From an uncultured cyanobacterium (lineage in GTDB: Bacteria; Cyanobacteriota; Cyanobacteriia; CAKZMO01), in assembly GCA_963719515.1 (NCBI GenBank), contig CAVRCJ010000010.1:224001-288000 (forward strand): a stretch of 64,000 bases of DNA, in the 5' to 3' direction. This document shows, in pieces, positions 8,664-18,873 of the stretch (position 1 is its first letter; every line of letters begins with the position of its first letter). Below the pieces are notes generated by a model. The model ran no database searches. It had not been told where the DNA came from and saw only the letters and a program-made list of their open reading frames with translations. The position numbers were made by a program, and so were the translations under genes.

Positions 8664-10361
8664 TCATAGGGTGTACATCAAAAGCAGCACGAGCCCAATA
8701 TAAATTAGCCAGCCCAGCAGCAGCGGAATTCCTACAGTCGATAGCAGCCAGGTGATTAGCACGCCCAGTAGACCCGCAACTACCACAATTAGTGACCACA
8801 CCAACCAGCACAGCTTGGCCAGCATAACCACCCGCCCGTCTTGCCGCTCTACCAGAAGCCCATCGCCGGGAGCGACGGTCTTTCCAGTCAGGATATAAGT
8901 TGCGAGAGACTTATGATTTTGCGGCTGAAGCGCAGCACCATGGTTGCCTCTGAAGTAGCGGGTAAAAGAGCTATGCTTGGGTGCGTCATCTTGAAAACCA
9001 TTGTGGCCCGCCGTGCCAATGTCCCCCAGATTGAGGAGTTCAAAAAAACCTGGAAAAATGCCAACGATCCAGTCCGCTGATGCAATGTCGTTGCGAATTG
9101 ACGTGATGCGCCCTTGGCGAACCAACTCGTCCCAGGGATAGTCTATAGGGACAACGCTACCGGCAAAAGCAACATGGTTTAGTCTACAGGTGCGATAGCG
9201 CTGCAGAGCGCTAGCGAGCAGGTAGGTGCCGTTACTGTGGCCAATAAAACTAACCTTGGCCTTGGGATAGCGGGCGATCGCTTCGGTATAGCGATCCATA
9301 AACCAGCGCACGTTATCTTGCCGTGCCCCTAAAAACAAAAAGCGGATCATCGGGAAATAGCCGTACCCCGCCGTGATGGCATTTACCGACTGTCCTAGGT
9401 CTTGTCCCAACGACTCCACCGCACGGCTAATTTTCTCTGTCCACAGACCCATATCTCGGATGCCGTGCATCACAAATACGATGTGGTCTTGCTCCTGGCC
9501 AACCTCGTTTTGGTTCGGGACGGTATTGCCATCGAGCTGATCAAGCGGCGTCACCAGCGCTTGTCGAAATTTTTCTTTACGATGGAGGCCAACCTCAGAA
9601 GCTTGAAAGTCACAAATTGATGAATGGCCTGTGTCACGAACCTTTAGGTATCTGAAGTTAGCGTCAGTCAAAATATCGATACTGTCATCTGCAGCCACAA
9701 CCTCATCTATATCCCCTAGAAGCTGGATTGTTACTGGTAGATCGACATTTGGTGCATAGCCAAGTCGAATCCACTGCACCCTTAAATTGGCAACAAACGG
9801 AGATCCTCGGCGAAGATTAAGCAGGAGTCGCCCTAGACCTAGCCATGGCACAATTGCCCAGCCAAGCTGCTGGAGCATATACATAGGCCAGCTTAGATAC
9901 TTTGGTTTGGCGTCAGAAATGCCCCGATTGATCGCGGCTAGTAAGACAATGCGCTCAACTTTAGTGGCCCAGGGCAGCGTTTGGGGATTGTTAATCATTG
10001 CATCGTCGTTGCCGTACCCCATGGCAATTAAGTAGGTCTTACGGACTATTAACCCACCACCGCTATGTCCAACTAGAATGATGTGCTCGTATGCTTGATT
10101 ATCAGACCGCCTGGAGCGGTTTAGATCTGCCTCGTGTATGTACTGAGCCAGTTGTTCAGCGACTCGTCTTGGATCGGTGTTAGAAAAAACACCTGAGGCG
10201 TATTCCGGTACCAGCAGATCGGCATCGGGTAAGAATTCACGGACAGCGTCATACCAATCGCCCCGATTCTGTCCAGTGAGTCCGTGGACAATGACGACTA
10301 ACGCTGTTGAAGCCCCGTAGATCTTTGGATCGGTATCGTGGAGTAGACGGGTCTGAGTCAT
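8664..10361 (-). CDS. Tandem two-domain alpha/beta hydrolase with C-terminal transmembrane helices
   Basis: Domain 1 IVHGL...VGHSGGG; domain 2 VMHGI...IGHSNG; hydrophobic C-terminus; start chosen at ATG 10361. Confidence 0.75.
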   Translation of the reverse strand: MTQTRLLHDTDPKIYGASTALVVIVHGLTGQNRGDWYDAVREFLPDADLLVPEYASGVFSNTDPRRVAEQLAQYIHEADLNRSRRSDNQAYEHIILVGHSGGGLIVRKTYLIAMGYGNDDAMINNPQTLPWATKVERIVLLAAINRGISDAKPKYLSWPMYMLQQLGWAIVPWLGLGRLLLNLRRGSPFVANLRVQWIRLGYAPNVDLPVTIQLLGDIDEVVAADDSIDILTDANFRYLKVRDTGHSSICDFQASEVGLHRKEKFRQALVTPLDQLDGNTVPNQNEVGQEQDHIVFVMHGIRDMGLWTEKISRAVESLGQDLGQSVNAITAGYGYFPMIRFLFLGARQDNVRWFMDRYTEAIARYPKAKVSFIGHSNGTYLLASALQRYRTCRLNHVAFAGSVVPIDYPWDELVRQGRITSIRNDIASADWIVGIFPGFFELLNLGDIGTAGHNGFQDDAPKHSSFTRYFRGNHGAALQPQNHKSLATYILTGKTVAPGDGLLVERQDGRVVMLAKLCWLVWSLIVVVAGLLGVLITWLLSTVGIPLLLGWLIYIGLVLLLMYTL

Positions 10362-10590
10362 GGCAGGTAGATTGCAGTGATGATTTGCACTCCATGTCTT
10401 ATCTAAATAAGTAGCTTTAATCCGCCTCGAAAGAAAGTTTCTGTCACAATCTGTGTCACTGTCAATCCGCAGTCCAGCGGCATCTCCTACCACCAGGGTT
10501 CGAACAGGGCTTCTACAATAAGAAAAACAAATGTAATTGCAGCGCCCGCAATCTGCTAAGGTTCCTTATCCCGCATTACTAACCTCCACC

Positions 10591-13500
10591 ATGGCCTTCT
10601 CCTCGGTTGTTCGCGCCCTCGGGCGATCGCCCCTCACCCAAGAACTACGCGCCAAGCTCCAGCAGCAAAACCACCTCAAGCTCAGCGGACTGTCGCGGCT
10701 GGCCAAGGGCATAGTAGCCTCAGGGCTAGCGCAAGAGCAGCAGCCTCTGTGCGTCGTCACGGCGACGCTGGAAGAAGCGGGGCGCTGGGCGGTTCAGCTC
10801 GAAGCCATGGGCTGGCAGACGATGCACTTCTATCCCACTTCGGAGGCTTCCCCCTACGAGCCCTTTGACCTAGAGGCGGAGATGACCTGGGGGCAGCTGC
10901 AGGTGCTAGCGGACCTGGTGAGCGCCAGGGATTCGGGCAAGACCTCTATTGCGGTGGTGGCCACCGAGCGATCGCTCCAGCCCCACCTGCCCCCTATCGA
11001 CGCCTTTCGGCCCTACTGCGTCACCTTGCAAAAGGGGATGGACCTAAACTTGGGGGATTTGAGCCGTCAGCTGGCGCACCTGGGCTACGAGCGGGTGTCT
11101 TTAGTTGAAACCGAGGGGCAGTGGAGCCGTCGGGGGGACATCATCGACGTGTTTCCCGTGGCCTCCGAGCTGCCCATCCGCCTAGAGCTGTTTGGCGATG
11201 AGCTAGACCGCATTCGCGAATTCGACCCCAGCACCCAGCGATCGCTGGACAACGTCAACCAGATCACCCTGACGGCGACGGACCTAAAGCCCATTGTGCT
11301 AGAGGCGCTAAACGGGCAGAAAGATAAGACCCTGCTGGAGGCCTACCTGACGCCAGAGGATCTAGATCAGCTCAAAGAAGGCGAACCCGTCGAGGGCATG
11401 CGCCGCTTTATGGGGCTGGCCTTTGAGCAGCCCGCCTCCCTGCTAGACTACCTGCCTGACGACACCCTGATTGCTATAGACGAGGCCGACCAATGCCGCG
11501 CCCACAGCGATCGCTGGGTGGAGCACGCCGCCGAGCATTGGCAGGAGGTGCGCAGCGAGGGGGACGGTGAGCGGCCACAGCTGCCCCAGATTCACCAGTC
11601 TTTTGATGAGTCGTTGGCCCAGGTGGATTGCTTCCCCCACCTGACGCTGTCCGAGCTAACGGAAGAATCCGACGACGGCCTGAACCTCGCGGGCCGCCCC
11701 GTCCCCGCCATGCCCCACCAGTTCGGTCGCCTGGCGGAAACCCTGCGTCAAGAGCGCGATCGCGGCTTTGCGGTGTGGCTCGTCTCCGCCCAGCCCTCCC
11801 GCTCGGTGGCCCTGCTGCAGGAGCACGACTGCCCCGCCCAGTTTGTGCCCAACCCCAAAGACTATTTGGCGATCGACAAGCTGCAGGCCCAGAAGACGCC
11901 GGTAGCGGTGAAATACTCCGGCCTAGCGGAGCTAGAGGGCTTCGTGCTGCCCACCTTCCGCGTGGTGGTGGTTACCGACCGGGAGTTCTTCGGCCAGCAC
12001 ACCCTGGCCACCCCGACATATATCCGCAAGCGCCGCCGCGCCGCCTCCAAGCAGGTAGACCCCAACAAGCTGCGCCAGGGAGACTTTGTGGTACACCGCA
12101 ACCAGGGGGTGGGTCGCTTCTTGAAGCTGGAGAGCTTGACCCTCAACAACGAGACGCGGGAATACCTAGTGCTGCAGTATGCCGACGGGCTGCTGCGCGT
12201 GGCCGCCGATCAAGTGGGGGTGCTGAGCCGCTTCCGCAGCGCCGACGGAACAGCGCCCCAGCTCAACAAAATGACGAGCAAGGCCTGGGAGCGCACCAAG
12301 GGCAAGGTGCGCAAGGCCATTAAAAAGGTTGCTGTAGATTTGCTGAAGCTCTACGCCCAGCGATCGCAGCAGGAGGGGTTCGCTTACCCGGTGGATACGC
12401 CCTGGCAAGAAGAAATGGAGGACTCCTTCCCCTATCAGCCGACACCCGACCAGCTCAAGTCGATCCAAGACGTGAAGCGGGACATGGAGACCCTGCGGCC
12501 CATGGACCGGCTAGTGTGTGGGGACGTGGGCTTTGGCAAAACCGAGGTGGCCATCCGGGCGATATTCAAGGCGATTACGGCGGGTAAGCAGGTGGCGATG
12601 TTGGCCCCCACGACCATTCTTACCCAGCAGCATTACCACACCATTAAAGAGCGCTTCGCCCCCTACCCCATCCAAGTGGGGCTGCTGAACCGCTTCCGCA
12701 CCGCCGACGAGCGCAAGCAGATTTTGCAGCGGCTGGTGACCGGGGAGCTGGACGTGGTGGTGGGTACCCATCAGCTGTTGGGTAAGGCGGTGAAATTCAA
12801 GGATTTAGGACTGCTCGTGGTGGATGAGGAGCAGCGCTTTGGGGTGAATCAAAAGGAGAAAATCAAGTCCTTGCGCACTACCGTAGACGTGCTTACCCTC
12901 AGCGCCACGCCGATACCTAGAACCCTCTACATGGCCCTGTCCGGCGTGCGGGAGATGAGCCTGATTACCACGCCCCCACCGTCGCGACGCCCCATCAAAA
13001 CCCACCTGTCGCCCTACAAAGGCGAAGTAGTGAGCACCGCCATCCGCCAAGAGCTAGACCGGGGCGGGCAGATTTTCTACGTGGTGCCTCGGGTTGAGGG
13101 TATTGAGGAGATTGCGGGGCGGCTGCGGGAGATGGTGCCCAGCCTGCGCATTGCCGTAGCCCATGGCCAGATGCAGGAGGGGGAGCTAGAGGCCACCATG
13201 CTGGCCTTCAGCGCCGGAGAGGCGGACCTGCTGCTCTGCACCACCATCATCGAGTCGGGGCTGGATATCCCCCGCGTCAACACCATCTTGATTGAAGACG
13301 CCCAGCGCTTTGGCCTGTCTCAGCTGTACCAGCTGCGGGGCCGCGTCGGGCGAGCGGGCATTCAGGCCCACGCCTGGCTCTTTTACCCCCGCCAAAGCCA
13401 GCTCTCCGACGCGGCCCGCAAGCGGCTGCGGGCTATCCAAGAGTTTGCCACCCTCGGTTCCGGCTATCAGCTGGCCATGCGGGATATGGAGATTCGCGGG

Positions 13501-14088
13501 GTGGGCAACCTGCTGGGCGTCGAGCAGTCGGGCCAGCTCAACGCCATCGGCTTTGACCTCTATATGGACATGCTCGAAGACGCCATCAAAGAGATTCGCG
13601 GCCAGGAAATCCCCACGGTGGACGACACCCAAATCGACCTCAGCCTCACCGCCTTTATCCCGGCGGACTACATTCACGACATCGACCAGAAGATGACCGC
13701 CTACCGCTCCGTAGCTGCGGCCTCCTCCAAGCAGGAGCTGATGCAAATTGCGGCGGACTGGAGCGATCGCTACGGGCCGTTGCCCAGCGCGGCCCAGCAG
13801 CTGGTGAGGGTGATGGAGCTAAAGCAGGTGGCCAAGCAGCTGGCCTTTGCCCGCATTAAGCCGGACGGCAAGCAGCATGTGGTGCTGGAGACGCCGATGG
13901 AGGAGCCGGCCTGGAACCTGATGAAGGAAAAGCTGCCCACGCATCTACAGACGCGGTTTGTGTATTCGCCGGGGAAGGTGACGGTGCGCGGGCTTGGGGC
14001 GCTGAAGCCGTCGCAGCAGCTGGAGAATTTGACAGACTGGCTGAATAAGATGCAGGGGGCACTGCCGGAACCGGCGCTGGCGACATGA
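10591..14088 (+). CDS. mfd: Transcription-repair coupling factor
   Basis: [31 protein letters not shown] motifs and C-terminal TRCF domain. Confidence 0.98.
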   Translation: MAFSSVVRALGRSPLTQELRAKLQQQNHLKLSGLSRLAKGIVASGLAQEQQPLCVVTATLEEAGRWAVQLEAMGWQTMHFYPTSEASPYEPFDLEAEMTWGQLQVLADLVSARDSGKTSIAVVATERSLQPHLPPIDAFRPYCVTLQKGMDLNLGDLSRQLAHLGYERVSLVETEGQWSRRGDIIDVFPVASELPIRLELFGDELDRIREFDPSTQRSLDNVNQITLTATDLKPIVLEALNGQKDKTLLEAYLTPEDLDQLKEGEPVEGMRRFMGLAFEQPASLLDYLPDDTLIAIDEADQCRAHSDRWVEHAAEHWQEVRSEGDGERPQLPQIHQSFDESLAQVDCFPHLTLSELTEESDDGLNLAGRPVPAMPHQFGRLAETLRQERDRGFAVWLVSAQPSRSVALLQEHDCPAQFVPNPKDYLAIDKLQAQKTPVAVKYSGLAELEGFVLPTFRVVVVTDREFFGQHTLATPTYIRKRRRAASKQVDPNKLRQGDFVVHRNQGVGRFLKLESLTLNNETREYLVLQYADGLLRVAADQVGVLSRFRSADGTAPQLNKMTSKAWERTKGKVRKAIKKVAVDLLKLYAQRSQQEGFAYPVDTPWQEEMEDSFPYQPTPDQLKSIQDVKRDMETLRPMDRLVCGDVGFGKTEVAIRAIFKAITAGKQVAMLAPTTILTQQHYHTIKERFAPYPIQVGLLNRFRTADERKQILQRLVTGELDVVVGTHQLLGKAVKFKDLGLLVVDEEQRFGVNQKEKIKSLRTTVDVLTLSATPIPRTLYMALSGVREMSLITTPPPSRRPIKTHLSPYKGEVVSTAIRQELDRGGQIFYVVPRVEGIEEIAGRLREMVPSLRIAVAHGQMQEGELEATMLAFSAGEADLLLCTTIIESGLDIPRVNTILIEDAQRFGLSQLYQLRGRVGRAGIQAHAWLFYPRQSQLSDAARKRLRAIQEFATLGSGYQLAMRDMEIRGVGNLLGVEQSGQLNAIGFDLYMDMLEDAIKEIRGQEIPTVDDTQIDLSLTAFIPADYIHDIDQKMTAYRSVAAASSKQELMQIAADWSDRYGPLPSAAQQLVRVMELKQVAKQLAFARIKPDGKQHVVLETPMEEPAWNLMKEKLPTHLQTRFVYSPGKVTVRGLGALKPSQQLENLTDWLNKMQGALPEPALAT

Positions 14089-14092
14089 GGAA

Positions 14093-14375
14093 TTAAACCT
14101 CATCTGGATTGATGCCCAATTCCCGCAGCTTTGCCGCTAACCGTTCCTTTTGCTGTCGCTCCGTTTCAGCCCGCTGCCGTTCTATCTCGGCCCGCTGCCG
14201 TTCAGCGTCAGAAGATTCTTCTGGCGTTGGTACAAGTTCGCCATCTGGGGTAAAGAAGCGGAGCTGGTCGCCATGGATCCCTAAAAAGAGCTGTAGCTGC
14301 TGGCTCCAGCGCCACCCTTGTTCATTGGGTTCAATAGTCTCGTAGGCGTTGTCTACTAGGTGAAAGGCTTCAATT
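14093..14375 (-). pseudogene. 3' remnant of a Uma2 (DUF820) family endonuclease
   Basis: Minus frame reads EAFHLVDNAYETIEPNEQGWRWSQQLQLFLGIHGDQLRFFTPDGELVPTPEE...ERLAAKLRELGINPDEV*; in-frame stop upstream with no start codon, catalytic N-terminal half missing. Confidence 0.8.
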
Positions 14376-14418
14376 CGATTACAGTAGATTAAATCGCCGC
14401 TAATACATTACGAAATAT

Positions 14419-16419
14419 TCAAGACCGCTTCAAAAGCCGCCGCCTGATATAAACCCGGACAGGTTTGGATTTTACAACTTGCCGATAGACCGTGCGAGCG
14501 CCCGTTTTAGAGTTCTCTAGCTTTACTCTTCGGCGCAAGTCTGGTCTGTTGACGGCAAATACAGCGCAGGGCGGCGGCTGAGCATCGCTTGATGCTGCTT
14601 TAGAGTCATTGCTAACTTCCACAGCTCTAAATTGAATGGGGCGATCGGGCCACCGCGCTCGGGCTACGCTCCAGAACGGATAGTCCCAGATAGCTGAAGG
14701 ACTGGGGTATAGGCCAATGTCATAACAATTTTTGCTAACGGCGGCGTCAATGGCCTCAATGTAGATTTTTTCTAAGCCGAGGCTCTGAACAAAATAGCCT
14801 TCAATCCTAGGCAACGTAAGCATTGACGGTACGGGCGTTAAAAGATAGGGATTTTGCGCCAAGGGGCGGGGTCCACTGAAGAAAACATAGGGTAGCGAGG
14901 CCACCGTCAAGGTGAAAACTAGAAAGTAGTAGCCCAAAGGGCGCTTGATCGCGGTACTCAGAACGCTGCCGACGAAGGCAGAGGCCAGCACAAAGAAGGT
15001 TAAATGCAGCCGCGAGGCCCAAGGCTGCCATGCCAGCAGCACGTTGAATAGCAGGACCATGCCTACCAAAGCGGCCAGGTATAGGCTTTGCAGGGGGCTC
15101 CTAAGCTTGGAGTATCTGACATACAGACCTACGGCGGCGAAGACGAGAATTAAATGTAGAAAATTTCCCGAGGTGTCCTCATACAGAAAAATCGGATAGT
15201 CCTTTGAGGTTACTGGCAGCTGGAAAGCTGTATTGGCAAAGGTCGTTCTAGGGTCGTTGACGTCAAGCTTTAGAAGGTGAGTATGTATGAAAACGATGAT
15301 ATCTTCAAACCTTTCGTTGACGGGCTGAAAGGCCACAGGCAAGTGCAGGCCAATATTTCTGATGAGATTGGACGCGATCGCAGCGGGGGTAAACAGCTGG
15401 TTCTTTGTGACGTTACCAGACACCCCCAGCGGAGTCTGAAAAATCTGGAAGTTCCGGCTCCAGTGGCCAATATTGATCAGGAGAATGGGTAGAAAGCTGG
15501 GAATTGCCCATTTCCAGACGCGGCCTCTCGCAGCTCTAGTGACGTAGACCAGCCAAATAACGCACAGCGGAAACCCGTAAACATACCCCGTTGCCTTTGT
15601 CAGCAGGGCTAGCCCTAAGCTAGCTCCAAACTCCAAGCAAGTTCTCAGATCGGGCCGCTCACAAATTCGCAGGGTATTGTAGGCCAAGCAGACAACCCAA
15701 AACGTCGCTACGTAGTCATTCTGGGTCGTGGCAGCCTGCAGCACCCCCATGGGAATAGTGGCGCAGACAATGCTAGAGAGCATCTGTCCGATTGGATTTG
15801 CCCCCAACTGCTTTGCAATCAGGGAGACACCGATTAAGCAGCCCACCATGCTGGACCACTGAACTAAATTGGCGAACCGATCGCCGCCGCTGAGCACCTG
15901 CAGATGCAGAATGGCAAATCCAGACCAAGGCGGTGAGTCGAGCTGGCGTAGGGTATGGGCTGGGTAATGGTCAACGCTCTGGTTCGCCATCCAGTTTGCC
16001 ACCCGGCTCATGTGGTAAACCATGGAGTCCCAATTGTTGGGGGGCGCAGCGAGCGCCAGCAGTCCGGTAGCTGCCAAAATAATGGCGAGGCTAAGCAGCA
16101 CAAAGCACAGAAATGGATTGGCCTTGCTGAGGTTGATGAGGGCATTGCCCCGATACGCTTGACCCAGCAGGCGGTGCGACCGACGAGCGCTGAAAACTGC
16201 GGCGATCGCCAAGCTCACAAGGATCCACGCCCCTAGCAGCCCGGCAAAGGTGAGCTGGTGAAAGCGGCTCAGAAGCTCAGTAATCGCAGTTAGCAGCGTA
16301 CCCAGAACAACAGAGGCCGAAAGGAAAGAGCGCCGCCAGCGTTTATCGCTGCTGTAAAAGACGAAAAGCGTCAGCAGAAATGGAGCTAGTAGAACTAGCG
16401 GAGACAGCAGTCTAGACAT
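14419..16419 (-). CDS. Polytopic membrane glycosyltransferase (GT-C fold, ArnT/PMT-like)
   Basis: Many TM helices, PNNWDSMVYH acidic motif in the first loop, TQND, LALLTK, RLHL. Confidence 0.75.
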   Translation of the reverse strand: MSRLLSPLVLLAPFLLTLFVFYSSDKRWRRSFLSASVVLGTLLTAITELLSRFHQLTFAGLLGAWILVSLAIAAVFSARRSHRLLGQAYRGNALINLSKANPFLCFVLLSLAIILAATGLLALAAPPNNWDSMVYHMSRVANWMANQSVDHYPAHTLRQLDSPPWSGFAILHLQVLSGGDRFANLVQWSSMVGCLIGVSLIAKQLGANPIGQMLSSIVCATIPMGVLQAATTQNDYVATFWVVCLAYNTLRICERPDLRTCLEFGASLGLALLTKATGYVYGFPLCVIWLVYVTRAARGRVWKWAIPSFLPILLINIGHWSRNFQIFQTPLGVSGNVTKNQLFTPAAIASNLIRNIGLHLPVAFQPVNERFEDIIVFIHTHLLKLDVNDPRTTFANTAFQLPVTSKDYPIFLYEDTSGNFLHLILVFAAVGLYVRYSKLRSPLQSLYLAALVGMVLLFNVLLAWQPWASRLHLTFFVLASAFVGSVLSTAIKRPLGYYFLVFTLTVASLPYVFFSGPRPLAQNPYLLTPVPSMLTLPRIEGYFVQSLGLEKIYIEAIDAAVSKNCYDIGLYPSPSAIWDYPFWSVARARWPDRPIQFRAVEVSNDSKAASSDAQPPPCAVFAVNRPDLRRRVKLENSKTGARTVYRQVVKSKPVRVYIRRRLLKRS

Positions 16420-16439
16420 TTACGATGGGTTGGGGGGCA

Positions 16440-17549
16440 TTACGTCGTCAGTCCAAGCGTCCGCTTGACGCTGAACCACAGCGATCGCAGCCGCCAGAAC
16501 TTACTGGTTTCCATCGCCGTAACCTGTCCTTTCAGCGCCTCTAACTCCTGACGAGCCTGTCGCTCTCGTTGTCTAGCGTCTTTGAGCTGGCTGCGAACGT
16601 GGGCTAGCTTTTGCCTGAGTTCTGCCGTAGGCTGACCTACGATGGCGGCGTAGCTCAAGGGGACGGTCTGGTCGAGCGCTTTCTGCGGCTCGCGGCTAGG
16701 CTGCGCTTCGGGTTGGTCTCCGCTTTGCTCCACTGGCTGAGAGCTGGAAAGCTGCTCAATCATGCGCTGCTGCGCCACCAGCTGCTGCTGCTGCTGCTCA
16801 ATCAGCGCCCCGCGAGCCTGGCGATCGCCTTCTGAGTTATGCCACTGCGACTGCATATCCAGGCTATAGGAGGTTAGCAGGTCCGCTTTGCGCTGGTAGA
16901 ACTCTTGTCGTGACAGCTCTTGACCCGGACCTTGAGCCCTATCAGACATGATCAAGAATGCCGAGCAGCCAAAGGTGCCGGAGAAGGTCGCGAAGCCTTC
17001 TGCTACAAACTCGTCGATCGCTTGGCGCACCCCAAGCTCGCCGGTGTCATTCTCGGGATTAGTGTAGTCGTGGCAGAGCACGGGCGTTCCCGGCGCGAGA
17101 AATTCTGAGAGGCTCATCAAGTCGCGCTTGACGCCCTCATAGCGGTGGTCGCCGTCGACAAACACCATCGTCGGGTCGATGGAAAACGCCTCGATAAAGC
17201 TCTGCAGGTTGCCGTGGTACAGCAGCGCGTGAGACGTCAGGCTCTCTTTGTTCAGCGAAGTGAGCGTCCGCCAGATGCCCTGAATGTCAACATCAATGCC
17301 GTAGAACTGAGGCGGGGTAGCTCTCTCGGGGTTGGCTAATGCGCCCCGCAGCTCGACCGTAGCGGAGCGTCCACCGAACGTGCCGATCTCAAGGATGACG
17401 TCGCCGTGGTCATAGGCCAGCTGATACAGCTTCTCTGAGTCCCCGACGACCTGCCAGCCTGGGATGTGCTTGGTCTGGTCAAAGATTTGCTGGTGCTCGC
17501 TGTTGATGTAAGTCTGGGCTACCATGTGAGCTATCTGTACCCCCGCCAT
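16440..17549 (-). CDS. Class I SAM methyltransferase (Methyltransf_24-like) with coiled coil and C-terminal amphipathic SKFWRLR motif
   Basis: LEIGTFGGRS, FVDGDHRYEGV, LCHDY; Gln-rich coiled coil. Confidence 0.8.
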   Translation of the reverse strand: MAGVQIAHMVAQTYINSEHQQIFDQTKHIPGWQVVGDSEKLYQLAYDHGDVILEIGTFGGRSATVELRGALANPERATPPQFYGIDVDIQGIWRTLTSLNKESLTSHALLYHGNLQSFIEAFSIDPTMVFVDGDHRYEGVKRDLMSLSEFLAPGTPVLCHDYTNPENDTGELGVRQAIDEFVAEGFATFSGTFGCSAFLIMSDRAQGPGQELSRQEFYQRKADLLTSYSLDMQSQWHNSEGDRQARGALIEQQQQQLVAQQRMIEQLSSSQPVEQSGDQPEAQPSREPQKALDQTVPLSYAAIVGQPTAELRQKLAHVRSQLKDARQRERQARQELEALKGQVTAMETSKFWRLRSLWFSVKRTLGLTT

Positions 17550-17645
17550 GTTTTTTTCAGATTGTATCAGGCTTGCGATTGCTGAGCTGCCTGCCGCGCT
17601 GCAATTTTGCGGCGGTTCGGCTCTGCTCTGTTCTCGCGGGGCCTC

Positions 17646-18866
17646 TCACGCGATGGCGTGATTGCGCTGGCCCAGTTGAGTAAAGTAGCGGGTCCAGCGA
17701 TCGCCCTGGCACTGCAGCGTGAACTCTGCCTCAACCATAGCGCGGCCCGCCTGGCCGTAGGCCTGACGCATGGCCGAGTCTGCCTTCAGCCGCTGAATCT
17801 CCTCAATCAGCGCCTCGGCAGTTGCCTCATCGGTCAGTCGCGCATTGATGCCGTGCCGCGCCACCTCGGGGATGCCGTCCACTCTAAAGGCAATCACGGG
17901 AATGCCGCAGGCGGCAGCTTCGCAAAACGTCTGGCCAAACGCCTCTTCTAAGGAAGTGCCGACAAAGACGTCGGCGGCGCTGTACACCAAAGGCATCTTG
18001 CGGTAGTCGCGCAGCAGCCCCGTCCCATAAATCCCCTGCTGGCTAGAGTTAGCGCCAAACGCGAGGAAGTAGATATCGCCCTTAAGGTGGTCCACAGCCT
18101 TGCTGAAGATATGTCCTCCCTTACGGTAGTCGTTTACGTTGACGGCTCCGCCCAGAACGACAAACGCATCCTGGGGAATATTGAGCAGCTTGCGAGCGAA
18201 GGCCCGGTCGATGGGCTGGAACAGATCGGCGTCTAGGCCGTAGTACAGGCAGGTGGAATGGGTTAAGCCGATCAGGGCGTCTTGAGCTTTCTCTTGGGTC
18301 CAACGGCTGTTGGCGGCGATGGGAATGCCGTTGGACCCGCAAAAGATATCTCGCCGCAAAAGCCACTGGCCAAAAATAAGCTGTGGGTTTAGCGATGGGT
18401 AGTCCTGCCACGTGGGGCAGGTGTGGTTGCAGCCTTGGCGATACAGCGTACAGCTGCCGGTGTAGGCGCAGCGCCCGGTAGCGTAGTAGCAATCGTGCAT
18501 AAAGGCCACGACGGGGCAAACGCTGCGCAGGGCCGAGAGCAGCTCTAAGGGCCACCCGGCCCCGTGAATATTGCCAACGATGATCACATCCGGCGACTGT
18601 AGCCTGGCTTCCAGCACCAGGGTTTCGATCACTTGAGCGACGTTAAAGCCCCGCTCTGGGGTAAGGTAAGGCATCGCTTTTAGACCCAGCCAGCGACCCT
18701 TAGCCTCCGGGGATACGAACGGAATGCGCGCTTCTTCAGCGCCCTGGTGCCAGCAGATCATAGACACGTCGTAGCCCGTCAGCACGAAGGACTGAATCTG
18801 CCGCAGCGTGGCAATTCCAGCGCCGTACTGAAACCCCCTGTCGTTGATGTATAGGACTTTAGTCAT
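17646..18866 (-). CDS. Glycosyltransferase family 4
   Basis: EAFGQTFCEAAACGIPV (E-x7-E), RKGG, HD..TGRC..C..C..CP segment. Confidence 0.88.
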   Translation of the reverse strand: MTKVLYINDRGFQYGAGIATLRQIQSFVLTGYDVSMICWHQGAEEARIPFVSPEAKGRWLGLKAMPYLTPERGFNVAQVIETLVLEARLQSPDVIIVGNIHGAGWPLELLSALRSVCPVVAFMHDCYYATGRCAYTGSCTLYRQGCNHTCPTWQDYPSLNPQLIFGQWLLRRDIFCGSNGIPIAANSRWTQEKAQDALIGLTHSTCLYYGLDADLFQPIDRAFARKLLNIPQDAFVVLGGAVNVNDYRKGGHIFSKAVDHLKGDIYFLAFGANSSQQGIYGTGLLRDYRKMPLVYSAADVFVGTSLEEAFGQTFCEAAACGIPVIAFRVDGIPEVARHGINARLTDEATAEALIEEIQRLKADSAMRQAYGQAGRAMVEAEFTLQCQGDRWTRYFTQLGQRNHAIA

Positions 18867-18873
18867 CGTTCAG

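Noticed and set aside
11628..13746. Several alternative-frame ORFs inside mfd (similar ones inside leuS and other GC-rich genes)
   Set aside because: Expected by-products of GC-rich codon usage within well-supported genes
14109..14345. 78-aa plus-strand ORF after mfd
   Set aside because: Shadow of the minus-strand Uma2 remnant
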